Positions 33,839-42,393 of a stretch of 64,000 nucleotides of DNA are shown here, one piece after another; the first letter of the stretch is position 1, and each line of letters begins with the position of its first letter. The notes beneath the pieces were generated by a model. It did no database searches. It was not told where the DNA came from and was given only the letters and a program-made list of their open reading frames with translations. A program made the position numbers and the translations under genes. The stretch spans positions 26,268-90,267 of the forward strand of contig CAJQRI010000037.1 in the NCBI GenBank assembly GCA_905612265.1, in the 5' to 3' direction. This stretch comes from an uncultured Nitrospinota bacterium (GTDB lineage Bacteria > Nitrospinota > Nitrospinia > Nitrospinales > VA-1).

Positions 33839-34594
33839 ATGAGCCAATTTTTGTGATTTCCATCAACGGGCTGGTTAGAAATTACGACAAGCTCCTGGCG
33901 TTAGGTGGACTTAATCTGGAGACCCTAATGGAGAGCTGTTCGGTTTCATTGGTTCCAATGACGGGGGCAAAACCACCACCATCAAACTTTTAGCCGCTCC
34001 ACTCAAACCTTCTTCGGGGACCATGCATATCGATGATGTGGATATAAAGCAAGTTTGCATTCGAGTAAAAAAATCATCGGCTACATCCCCGACCGACCCT
34101 TTATCTATCACAAACTAACAGGTTGGGAATAACTGGAATTTATCGCCGGACTGTATTCGATGGAACAGGGTGTTACACGTGAAAAGGCAGAAAAGTTTTT
34201 CACCTTTTTTAATTTGCAAGATTTCACCGATGAACTGATGGAAGGTTACTCACATAGCATGAGGCAGAAGCTTGTCATTGCCGGGGCATTCCACAACCCT
34301 AAAGTCGTCATAGTCGATGAGCCTCTGGTGGGGTTCGACCCTAAAGGTGCGCGGCAGGTGAAACAATTGTTTCAAGATTTATGCGAAAATGGCACAACGA
34401 TTTTTATCTCCACTCATTCTTAAGGAGTGGCCGAAACCATGTGTCACAGAGTTGGCACTACCCAGAAAGGAAAGATGATAGGGGTGGGAACGGCGGAACA
34501 ATTGTGCTCCCAAGCCGAACATCAGCACGGCGCTCTGGAAGGTGTGTTTTTAAAGTTAACTTCGCCCTCTGGTGAGGAAAGTGACCAGCATTAA
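33839..34594 (+). pseudogene. ABC transporter ATP-binding protein pseudogene (multiple frameshifts and nonsense codons)
   Basis: Pieced together across frames: MSQF/VISINGLVRNYDKLLALGGLNLE/PNGELFGFIGSNDGGKTTTIKLLA (Walker A)...RVKK/IIGYIPDRPFIYHKLTGWE*LEFIAGLY...YSHSMRQKLVIAGAF..PKVVIVDEPLVGFDP (signature/Walker B)...IFISTHS*GVAETMCHRVG...KGKMIG. Frameshifts lie at the T-run near 33848, at about 33922-33926, and in the A7 run 34067-34073. In-frame TAA codons lie at 34130 and 34421. Confidence 0.8.
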
Positions 34595-34639
34595 TCCATT
34601 TATTAAGAACTGGTTTTTGTATGGAGAAGGAGTTTTAAG

Positions 34640-35035
34640 ATGAGTGAAGTCAGTAAATATATGAGCACCCAGATTTTTTCAATAAGTCCCGATAGATTTG
34701 CTTATGAAGCGGTCGATCAAATGTATGAGAATAAAGTGAGTGCGATTTTAGTGAAGGAGGGTGAGAAATATATTGGAATTATTACAAAAACGGATTGGAT
34801 GTTTTTAGTTTTAAAGGGAGAATGTGACCCTAAAGCGATGAAGGTATCTATCGTGATGACAAAAATTTCAAATACGATTGACGAGAATCAAACGATTTCT
34901 GAGGTCTGTAATATTATAGAGACCAAAAAGATTCGCCATGTCCCCGTGACAAGAAACGGTGAAATTGTAGGGATGTTTTCGGTCAAGGATTTAGAAAAAT
35001 ACTATTTACAATTACACAAGAAAACTGATTTTTAA
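34640..35035 (+). CDS. CBS domain pair protein
   Basis: 131 aa. Two CBS-like units (MSTQIFSISPD...AVDQMYENKVSAILV and VMTK..NTIDENQTISEVCNIIETKKIRHVPVTRNGEIVGMFSVKDL). Confidence 0.8.
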   Translation: MSEVSKYMSTQIFSISPDRFAYEAVDQMYENKVSAILVKEGEKYIGIITKTDWMFLVLKGECDPKAMKVSIVMTKISNTIDENQTISEVCNIIETKKIRHVPVTRNGEIVGMFSVKDLEKYYLQLHKKTDF

Positions 35036-35060
35036 GTACTTGTCATTGATCAGTGGTTTG

Positions 35061-36275
35061 CTATTTTGACTGTTTAAACACCACTTCAACGGTCAGAGTT
35101 TGGTTGTCGCGTTGGAGTTGAAAGGTGGAGCGGTCGTCGAAATTTTTGTAGCCCAATAATTCCAGCACATCGTCTACGCTTGACAGAGCTTTGCCGTCCA
35201 TGCTGACAAGCAGGTCGCCAGGTTTCATGCCTGCGGTTTCGGCATTTGAGAGTTTGCCCACGGCTTTGATGCGCACGCCACTATCCTTTTCTTGCGCGAG
35301 GCGCACTCCTAGCTTTACTTTGTTTTGTCCTGGCACACGGTATTCCACCTGCCAGACATAGTCTGCGGCGTAAAGAGGGATGGAGACTTTTTTAACCTCC
35401 ATTTCCCGGTCTTTCAAGTTCGCGGGAACTTTGGTGATATTGGGCAAAATGATGGAATAAGCATGTGGTATTCTTCGGTAAGCGCGTTTTGGGATGCCGA
35501 ATCCATATTGAACATGAAACCCACCTGCCAGTACTACCAACTTCTTGTCTTTATTAATAGGGTCGCGCAAAAACTCCGCCACCGTTTGGGCCATAGTTTC
35601 CTCCCAAAGTAATAACATGCGATAAGGTTTTTCCAATGCCTTTGCCGTGTGGCCGCCAAATATGGACATGGAAAATGCCCGGTGGTAAGGGTCGGTTTCA
35701 TCTATTTCCGGATACAGCGTGTCGCCGGGTGCCGAGTCGCCTGAGCGAAAATGATTTTCTACTTTGCGGCTGGATTTGAGTCCGATTAGCGGCAGGTTTT
35801 TGCTTCGGGCGAATTCAAATATCGGCTTGTAGAGTTCAAACCCGCTGCCCCAATTGCTGAGAAAGAGATGTTTGAACTCCTGGTCTGATAGTTGGCCTTG
35901 ATTGAAGAGGTTCAGTTTCTTCTGGCCTGAGCGCCGGAACATTTCGAGTCCAATAGCTACCGGGTATTTTTTAGCTAGAAATTGTATGATCTGCAATTGA
36001 ACTTTATGAGCTTCTATATTGTCGTGAGTTTCTCCGATATAGATGACCCGGGAGGCTGAAATGGAGTCGAGCATTTGCTTTCGGTTGACTCCCAACCCGG
36101 TCGGAAGATGGAGGATTTGTCCCGCATCCAAATCTGCTAGGTTTTTATAGGGAGACCCGCCATAGGGAACGGCAAATTCTTCAGAATAGCCGTCGCGGTA
36201 AAAAAGTAATAACCAGAATAAAAAAAATGTCGCCAGGACAATGCGAATGATTTGTGTGACTGGGTTTTGGCTCAT
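35061..36275 (-). CDS. ChaN/Tiki-like (DUF399) domain protein with C-terminal PDZ domain, secreted or membrane-anchored
   Basis: 404 aa with an N-terminal hydrophobic anchor. ChaN-like VIYIGETHDNIEAHKVQLQIIQFL...AIGLEMF. C-terminal PDZ-like GVRIKAVGKLSNAETAGMKPGDLLVSMDGKAL. Confidence 0.65.
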   Translation of the reverse strand: MSQNPVTQIIRIVLATFFLFWLLLFYRDGYSEEFAVPYGGSPYKNLADLDAGQILHLPTGLGVNRKQMLDSISASRVIYIGETHDNIEAHKVQLQIIQFLAKKYPVAIGLEMFRRSGQKKLNLFNQGQLSDQEFKHLFLSNWGSGFELYKPIFEFARSKNLPLIGLKSSRKVENHFRSGDSAPGDTLYPEIDETDPYHRAFSMSIFGGHTAKALEKPYRMLLLWEETMAQTVAEFLRDPINKDKKLVVLAGGFHVQYGFGIPKRAYRRIPHAYSIILPNITKVPANLKDREMEVKKVSIPLYAADYVWQVEYRVPGQNKVKLGVRLAQEKDSGVRIKAVGKLSNAETAGMKPGDLLVSMDGKALSSVDDVLELLGYKNFDDRSTFQLQRDNQTLTVEVVFKQSK

Positions 36276-36479
36276 GGTTTTAGGGGGCTTGAACTAAGTT
36301 CGTTTGGAAAAACTACTGATAAGCTCATTTAACCGAAGAGTTAGCAGTAATATTAAGGGTGTGGTAACGGTTCACAGATTTAGCTCATTAGGGTTTGAAA
36401 TTTGATCCATTGGGTGAAGGGATCAAGGCCAATGTTGTGATTCTATCAGGAAGTTTAAACGGGGAGTGCAGAAATTTAT

Positions 36480-37604
36480 TCAGGAGGGGAGTTGGCACAT
36501 ATCCTGGTTTTTAGATTTTCCGTTTTGGCTGGAGGTTCCATTTTTTCTCTCAGGCTGGCTATAGCGAAAAACTTTCCCTTCATAATTGGTGATGACCACT
36601 TCATCCTTGTTGTGTTCGACAACACTGTTGGGAAGCAGTCTTACTTTGCCACCTCCACCCGGAGCGTCGATAACGAAATAGGGCACTGCCATACCTGAAG
36701 TATGGCCCATGAGGTCTTTTATTATATCGAGCCCTTTTTGTACAGAGGTACGAAAATGGTCGGTTCCCTCTGTCATATCTGCTTGATAAATATAATAAGG
36801 TTTGACACGGTTCTTCAGCAATTTCAGCATCAACTCTTTCATGACCTGTGAGTCGTCATTGACTCCTTTTAATAGCACTGTCTGGCTTCCTAAAGGGATG
36901 CCAATATCTGCAAGCATGGCGCAGGCTTTTTCCACTTCGGGAGTGATCTCCGCGGGGTGGTTGAAATGCATATTGAAGTATAGAGGGTGATACTTTTTTA
37001 GTATCGAACATAGGTTTTCTGTGATTCTGGCTGGCAAAGTTCCGGGAACCCGCGTGCCAATACGAATGATCTCGAGATGCGGGATGGACCGAAGTTCTCC
37101 TAGAATGCGGTCTAGTTCCTTATCAGGAACTAGAAGCGGGTCTCCACCAGACATAATTACATCGCGGATTTCAGGGTGGTTACGGATGTATTCTATGCCT
37201 TGCCTGAGAGTTTCGCGTGTAACGACTCCGGGAAAGCCGATTTTTCGTTTTCTTGTACAGAACCGGCAGACAATGGGGCATTGGTTGTTAATCATCAGCA
37301 ATACCCGATCGGGATAGCGGTGAACCAGCTCGGGCACAGGCATGTCGACTTCTTCGTTAAGCGGATCGGCGACCAGAGTATCGCCATCTATATAATCGTC
37401 CAACTCTTCGAGTGTGGGCACTACTTGCTTCCACAAAGGATCATCGGGCCCCTTGATGAGACTCAGGAAATAGGAGTTGATTCGTATAGGATAAAGTTCC
37501 CCTACCTTTTTAAGTCGTTCCCGATACTCTGGAGATTCGGGGATGAATGGCAGGTCTTTAATCTTCACTGCGCTCTGGCTGAGTTGTTGTTGCCAAGGCT
37601 CCAT
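36480..37604 (-). CDS. kamA: Lysine 2,3-aminomutase family radical SAM/PLP enzyme
   Basis: 374 aa and closely parallel to clostridial KamA as recalled from memory. Motifs: HRYPDRVLL, CPIVCRFCTRKRK (CxxxCxxC), SGGDPLL, NMHFNHP, GVND, KPYYIYQADM..G..HFRT, GHTSG.AVPYFVIDAPGGGGK (PLP lysine). Both Asp positions that bind the lysine epsilon-amino group in KamA appear conserved (YQAD, IDAP). Confidence 0.85.
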   Translation of the reverse strand: MEPWQQQLSQSAVKIKDLPFIPESPEYRERLKKVGELYPIRINSYFLSLIKGPDDPLWKQVVPTLEELDDYIDGDTLVADPLNEEVDMPVPELVHRYPDRVLLMINNQCPIVCRFCTRKRKIGFPGVVTRETLRQGIEYIRNHPEIRDVIMSGGDPLLVPDKELDRILGELRSIPHLEIIRIGTRVPGTLPARITENLCSILKKYHPLYFNMHFNHPAEITPEVEKACAMLADIGIPLGSQTVLLKGVNDDSQVMKELMLKLLKNRVKPYYIYQADMTEGTDHFRTSVQKGLDIIKDLMGHTSGMAVPYFVIDAPGGGGKVRLLPNSVVEHNKDEVVITNYEGKVFRYSQPERKNGTSSQNGKSKNQDMCQLPS

Positions 37605-37629
37605 TTTTTTTCCTTACTTTCCTGAAAGA

Positions 37630-37869
37630 TTAAGAATTGACCGGATAGGTCTTTTTTAGATAGTCGATGATATCGTATTCATCGTCAAGAACGGTATTGC
37701 CATCCACCAAAACCGGAACGGCGGTTTGACCCGATACTTCGTGAACTTCCTTACGCTCATGGTGAGGCCATGGAACATCTACTTTTTCATACTCCAGACT
37801 CATTTGTGCAAGCACATCTCTAACCATGGTGCAGTAACCGCATCCATCGATATTATAAAGCTTCATCAT
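37630..37869 (-). CDS. Glutaredoxin/NrdH-like small thioredoxin-fold protein
   Basis: 79 aa. MKLYNIDGCGYCTMVRDVL... has a CxxC at the position and spacing of glutaredoxins, followed by ...TAVPVLVDG. Confidence 0.65.
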   Translation of the reverse strand: MMKLYNIDGCGYCTMVRDVLAQMSLEYEKVDVPWPHHERKEVHEVSGQTAVPVLVDGNTVLDDEYDIIDYLKKTYPVNS

Positions 37870-37882
37870 AATAAAACTACCT

Positions 37883-39286
37883 TCAGTCTCTTATAGCACA
37901 CGGCATCATTACCGCGTCTACCATGCCGTGAATTTTCTTTTTATTCTGCGGACAAAGTGTAGCCAGAATTCCCGCCAAATGAGTGGTGTTTTCCACCACA
38001 AAATAATAAGGCGTCAGCCGCACCCGGCTCTGCATGGTTTCCATCCGGCCTGTTTTTGGGTCCAGATACGAAACCGGTACTCGTTTTCCCTTGTAAAACT
38101 TCTGTAATATCGAAGTTTGGTCGGGGAATTGTTGTAACCCTTGCTTCAATGTTGCCTGCCAAACTTCCCCAGAAACATCGTGCCCGACCACAACCCCTCG
38201 GCTCCCCCAAGACTCCGGTGAGAAACCCGAAGGCTTGATCACCATTTCTCGTTCCTTTTGGGTCAAACCCATCAACTTCTGCCAATTCTGAACCGGAGCA
38301 CCTTTTATATCCAATCCCGGAATTGTTCCATGAGGAGGCATGGGACGAGAGTCTAGAATCCATGTTTCAGGAATTAGATGAGATAAGGTGTTAAAAGTTT
38401 CGGAACCTAACGCTTTTTCCCAATCGGTTTTTAGAGCAGGGTGATGGAATAATGCAAAGCTGAGTTTTTCCTCCAGACTGGCTTTATATGGAGGGGTAGT
38501 TACGACCTGGTTTTTTTTTGCCGCATACATCATCAATTCAGATTTAGGGATATTTTTGAGGTCAAATAGCTCAAAAAAACGGTATAGGACATCGACCCGA
38601 AGCCATTTCCCCTCATCTTGGATAAATAGTCCCTCTTCACGAAACTGGATCTCTTTAGGGTGAACTGTGTACACCGGAAAACCCTTTTTCCTTAAAAGGA
38701 TTGACAGCCATTCCATCTCGCTACGATAGTCTTGAGCTTCATCTGAGACAACAATGGCGATGCAGGGTTTTTCCTCTTTAGATAGAGATTCGGCCATATT
38801 GTAAAACATCGATGGAATTCCACCCTCAGAGTCTCCAATAATCTGCCACGCAGGGTCTTTGTAGAGCGACATGAGTTCTGCAGTCAGACCAAAGCCTCCG
38901 GGAACCGAGTCAAGTTCAGTCACAGCAAATCCATCTTCCGTTACAATTACGTCAGGTCTTAGGATAGACGGCAAGGTTTGGCGGAACCGTTTCATCCTGC
39001 CAAAATCGATCAGTTCTTGAGGTTTTCCAGCATCCAGATACGGGGCGACCCACTCTAGGCCGGTTCCTTTGGCACTTTCCAGGTAAAGCTTGTTCCAGGC
39101 AGAGTAGAAGTTGAGGAGTTTGGGGCCAAGCTGGTGGAAAAACTCGGCATCTTCTGTGGAGAGAAAATATGGTTCCGGCGAGATACGCCAGCAGTTTCCC
39201 TGGTCAGACTCTGATTCCGTAAACAAACCGGAACGAGTCAGCGAGGCTTGGATTTCTACACAAATGTTTTCAGGTTGGGTAATCAT
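37883..39286 (-). CDS. Putative ATP-grasp-superfamily amide ligase (glutathionylspermidine-synthase/YgiC-like), function unknown
   Basis: 467-aa ORF. The weak by-eye resemblance to YgiC/GSP-synthetase-type proteins is limited to RPDVIVTEDGFAVTELDSVPGG (compare RLDLAWDG.GEPKLLENNADTP) and MVIKPSGF...SRGVVVG...ILQKF (compare YVVKPIFSREGANVSII...IVQQF). That it is a CDS is firm. The family assignment is tentative. Confidence 0.4.
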   Translation of the reverse strand: MITQPENICVEIQASLTRSGLFTESESDQGNCWRISPEPYFLSTEDAEFFHQLGPKLLNFYSAWNKLYLESAKGTGLEWVAPYLDAGKPQELIDFGRMKRFRQTLPSILRPDVIVTEDGFAVTELDSVPGGFGLTAELMSLYKDPAWQIIGDSEGGIPSMFYNMAESLSKEEKPCIAIVVSDEAQDYRSEMEWLSILLRKKGFPVYTVHPKEIQFREEGLFIQDEGKWLRVDVLYRFFELFDLKNIPKSELMMYAAKKNQVVTTPPYKASLEEKLSFALFHHPALKTDWEKALGSETFNTLSHLIPETWILDSRPMPPHGTIPGLDIKGAPVQNWQKLMGLTQKEREMVIKPSGFSPESWGSRGVVVGHDVSGEVWQATLKQGLQQFPDQTSILQKFYKGKRVPVSYLDPKTGRMETMQSRVRLTPYYFVVENTTHLAGILATLCPQNKKKIHGMVDAVMMPCAIRD

Positions 39287-39391
39287 GCGTACTCAAATTA
39301 AAAAAATAAACTTTAATCGTCAAATTTATTGTGGGCAGATGGGATGTTATAATATTACAAATTGTAATGTAATTACTTAGATAAGGAAATC

Positions 39392-40075
39392 ATGAAAAAA
39401 GATTCAGAACAGGGAGGAATCATTCCCATCTTCCCTTTGCCCTCAACCGTGTTTTATCCCGGTACCCCTTTGCCCCTGCATATTTTTGAACCTCGGTACC
39501 TGCAAATGACAGCCGATGCCCTGGAAGGCGAACGCAAAATAGGTATGATTCTTTTAAAACCAGACTGGGAAGCTGCCTATTTTGATTGTCCAGAGGTATC
39601 TCCCATAGGTTGTGTAGGAAGTATTGAACAGGAAGTTTGCCACCCTGATGGCAAATATAATTTCACTCTAGTTGGTTTGCGCCGGTTTCGTATTGCGAGA
39701 GAGGTAGAAGGAAAGCCTTACCGTCTCGCAGAAATAGATCTTTTGGAAGAAAAAAATGAACAGGAAATTGGTGAAGCACTCAATGCCACTCGTGATGGAC
39801 TGATTGACAGTTATAGAGAATTCATCAGTCTGATTCCCGAAAGCAATCCTTTGAAAGAGGAGCCCGACTGGAACTTGGGTGAAAAACTCAGTCAGTTTGT
39901 TGATCGGTTCGCCTACAGGTTGGATCTTACTCTGGAACAGAAACAAACCTTTCTGGAAGAGCAGGATGTTCTACACCGCGCCGAGTTTCTTCAAAAATTC
40001 CTTAAAATGAAAGTCGACCTCGTCCACCTCTCCAAAATTCGTAACCCCACCCCGGACTCCGCCCGATGGAACTAA
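39392..40075 (+). CDS. LON N-terminal (substrate-binding, PUA-like) domain protein
   Basis: 227 aa. IPIFPLPSTVFYPGTPLPLHIFEPRYLQM and GCVGSI... are typical of stand-alone Lon-N domain proteins. Confidence 0.8.
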   Translation: MKKDSEQGGIIPIFPLPSTVFYPGTPLPLHIFEPRYLQMTADALEGERKIGMILLKPDWEAAYFDCPEVSPIGCVGSIEQEVCHPDGKYNFTLVGLRRFRIAREVEGKPYRLAEIDLLEEKNEQEIGEALNATRDGLIDSYREFISLIPESNPLKEEPDWNLGEKLSQFVDRFAYRLDLTLEQKQTFLEEQDVLHRAEFLQKFLKMKVDLVHLSKIRNPTPDSARWN

Positions 40076-40217
40076 CCATTAGCTTAGGGCTGCGATGCCC
40101 CTTCCTTAAACTTCATGCCCCGGAAGGGGTAAAACTAGCAATGGATTTTTCTTGTGAGCGAAGATAACTCTTTGTCAGCGGTAAAAAGCTATTTTTCTGT
40201 CCCAAAATAGAAAAAAC

Positions 40218-40259
40218 AAATCCCCCCAGTACCCCCTTCCACGAAGGGGGACTGGGGGA
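40218..40259. repeat. REP-like palindromic element (copy C) between convergent genes
   Basis: AAATCCCCCCAGTACCCCCTTCCACGAAGGGGGACTGGGGGA forms a long imperfect hairpin. Its 5' module is shared with 54882-54914 and 13966-13980. Confidence 0.65.
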
Positions 40260-40267
40260 CTTAGAAC

Positions 40268-41062
40268 CTATTGTGGAATCTTCTGGAGGGCGGCTCGCCG
40301 CGGAATGATCAAGCTCAGACAAGTGATGCTGCCATCGGCTTTTTCGAACTCGCTCATTGCCAGTTCGATTGTTTCTCGTCCATGCGACTGAATTTTATCT
40401 CGGACATTTGGGAACCCGGCTGGCATTAGTACTGTGTTTCCCAATGCCAGGCAATTGCTAGAATAAGATTCGTTCTCGCTCACTTCTATCCAGTCGAAAT
40501 ATTGCAAGTTTGAAGCATCCACCCGCGTTGGATCTATGATCAATAGATTGTTGCCGAGAAAGGTGGCAGCACTTTTGAGGTGCAATCCTTTTGTAACGGA
40601 GACAGGCACAACTTTTTTAGATGTGAGTTCAGAGAGTGCTTTTATGGCTCTTAAATTGGTGCGCTTTGAAAGACCGACAAAAATTGTGTCGGGAGTGTCC
40701 ATTACATCACCACCATCGAGGGTTGCAGGAGGGTCCATTTCTATGCAGTCCCGGTATGTTTTCAGCACTGTAGCAGTTGATTGGACTTCGGTTTGACGCG
40801 AGAGTTCTTTCATAGGGCAAAGTAGGAACTTGTCTTCTAAAACAATGGCGGTGTCTTCCACAAATGTGGCATCTGCAAGTTGATCCTGAGAGGGTAGATG
40901 TTCGACGTTACCCCCTGCTTGCTGGAGAGCTTTTACATAATCTTCATGTTGGCTGAGAGCGGTAGCAAGATCGATACTGCTTTTCTCTGGATGTCCCGAC
41001 AGGGCTTGGGGGAAACTCAGCCCGGGTTTTCTCACTAATGCAGTGAATGCGAGATAGGGCAC
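40268..41062 (-). CDS. N(G),N(G)-dimethylarginine dimethylaminohydrolase (DDAH) family amidinotransferase-fold enzyme
   Basis: 264 aa, collinear by eye with P. aeruginosa DDAH as recalled from memory: ALVRKPG.SF..AL, ATFVEDTAIVL, ESYSSNCLALGNTVLMPAGFPNVRDKI, SEFEKADGSITCLSLI (catalytic Cys region). Confidence 0.8.
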   Translation of the reverse strand: MPYLAFTALVRKPGLSFPQALSGHPEKSSIDLATALSQHEDYVKALQQAGGNVEHLPSQDQLADATFVEDTAIVLEDKFLLCPMKELSRQTEVQSTATVLKTYRDCIEMDPPATLDGGDVMDTPDTIFVGLSKRTNLRAIKALSELTSKKVVPVSVTKGLHLKSAATFLGNNLLIIDPTRVDASNLQYFDWIEVSENESYSSNCLALGNTVLMPAGFPNVRDKIQSHGRETIELAMSEFEKADGSITCLSLIIPRRAALQKIPQ

Positions 41063-41536
41063 TCAATCGCAGGTCGGAGTATTCATCAGGCGGGAAAAAT
41101 AAAGCATGGGAAAAAGCTTTTTGGCTTTCCTAAAAATTTTCAAAGTGGCCTTATCGGGTTTGAGACCTCTTTGTATTTTGTCAGGACGGGCGATATAGGT
41201 CAGTCCATTAATCATTGTGAAGTCATGACGGTTAAAACGCATGACTTTGCGTTGATATTCATCAGGATGACCAAAAAGTTTATCCAGTTGCGGAAGCAAC
41301 TTTTCATCCATAGCATAAAGCTCACCATGCATCATCCCAGCATTATCGTTGGTGGGTTCGATGTTGGCCATTCCCAGTCCTTCAACTCCTGCGTTATCAA
41401 CAGGGATCTTGTTAAAAACGCGTTGCCAAGCTGAGAGGGTTACCGAGGATTTGGATAGATACACCAGGCCCTTTTCTTTAAAATAATCTTCGTTTATCAA
41501 TTCGTTATACGCAAAAAAATGGACGACATCTGCCAT
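41063..41536 (-). CDS. Gamma-glutamylcyclotransferase-like (AIG2/GGCT fold) protein
   Basis: 157 aa. The N-terminus is VHFFAYNELIN. It continues ...MHGELYAMDEKLLPQLDKLFGHPDEYQRKVMRF...GLTYIA, matching the GGCT-like pattern (v.G.ly.l....l..LD..Eg.p..Y.R). Its stop directly abuts the DDAH start codon. Confidence 0.55.
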   Translation of the reverse strand: MADVVHFFAYNELINEDYFKEKGLVYLSKSSVTLSAWQRVFNKIPVDNAGVEGLGMANIEPTNDNAGMMHGELYAMDEKLLPQLDKLFGHPDEYQRKVMRFNRHDFTMINGLTYIARPDKIQRGLKPDKATLKIFRKAKKLFPMLYFSRLMNTPTCD

Positions 41537-41820
41537 TATAAAAACTCCTATTCCAAGTCATTTAACTTATGGGCCTTATTTGATTTCCTCGCACGAGTCA
41601 CCGGCAAAGAGCTTGCCGGTCATGGGGAAGTTATGATAATATCAAAAAAATCATTCCTACGTGGTCGTCATTTTCACTTTGATTGAATATATTTTCAATT
41701 CAGGGCGATTCATTGCAAATGAATTATCAAAATTAGGCTAATTCTCTAAAAATATTTATATTTTCCCCGAAGAATCCGATTCAAGGGTGATTTATTTCTT
41801 TCTAAACTAAGGAGTTGTTT

Positions 41821-42150
41821 ATGTCAGACAAAGTGGTCACGGTCTCCGACGCCGAATTTGAGCAAACGGTTCTAAAGTCTGACAAGCCGGTTATGCTGGA
41901 TTTTTGGGCCGAGTGGTGTCAGCCTTGCAAAATGCTCACACCTACTGTTGAAGAACTTGCCGGTGATTTTGAAGGTCAAATCTTGGTAGGGAAATTGAAT
42001 GTAGACGATAACCCTAACACCGCAACCACCTATGGTATACGTGGTATTCCTACTTTGCTTTTCCTTAAAGATGGCAAGGTTGTGCAACAAATTGTTGGTG
42101 TGAAATCAAAAGCAGAAATTAAAAAAATCATCGAAGAAAACCTGCTTTAA
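41821..42150 (+). CDS. trxA: Thioredoxin (active site WCQPC)
   Basis: About 109 aa. VVTVSDAEFEQTVLKSDKPVMLDFWAEWCQPCKMLTP...YGIRGIPTLLFLKDGK. AGGAG lies 7 nt before ATG 41821. The active site reads CQPC rather than the canonical CGPC. Confidence 0.9.
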   Translation: MSDKVVTVSDAEFEQTVLKSDKPVMLDFWAEWCQPCKMLTPTVEELAGDFEGQILVGKLNVDDNPNTATTYGIRGIPTLLFLKDGKVVQQIVGVKSKAEIKKIIEENLL

Positions 42151-42180
42151 GTCGACGGGTTTTCTGCGGCAGTCTTAATA

Positions 42181-42225
42181 AACAAACCCCCTTCTCCCAT
42201 ATGGGAGGAGGGGGTTTGTTTTGTT
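42181..42225 (+). terminator. Rho-independent terminator of trxA
   Basis: An 18-bp stem AACAAACCCCCTTCTCCC / GGGAGGAGGGGGTTTGTT with loop ATAT, followed by TTTTG. Confidence 0.8.
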
Positions 42226-42393
42226 GGGTCGGTATATTACCCCAGCCTCTGTTTAAATGGAGCTTTGCATAACCCCGAGGTTCTTCACTTTATTCATAAT
42301 GACAATAAATGCGAGTTTGTCATCATCGAGGAGCTAACGGCAACGAAGTAGCTCGCTTTTTTGGAGTGCAATGCTACTTGTGCAAAAGCTTCC

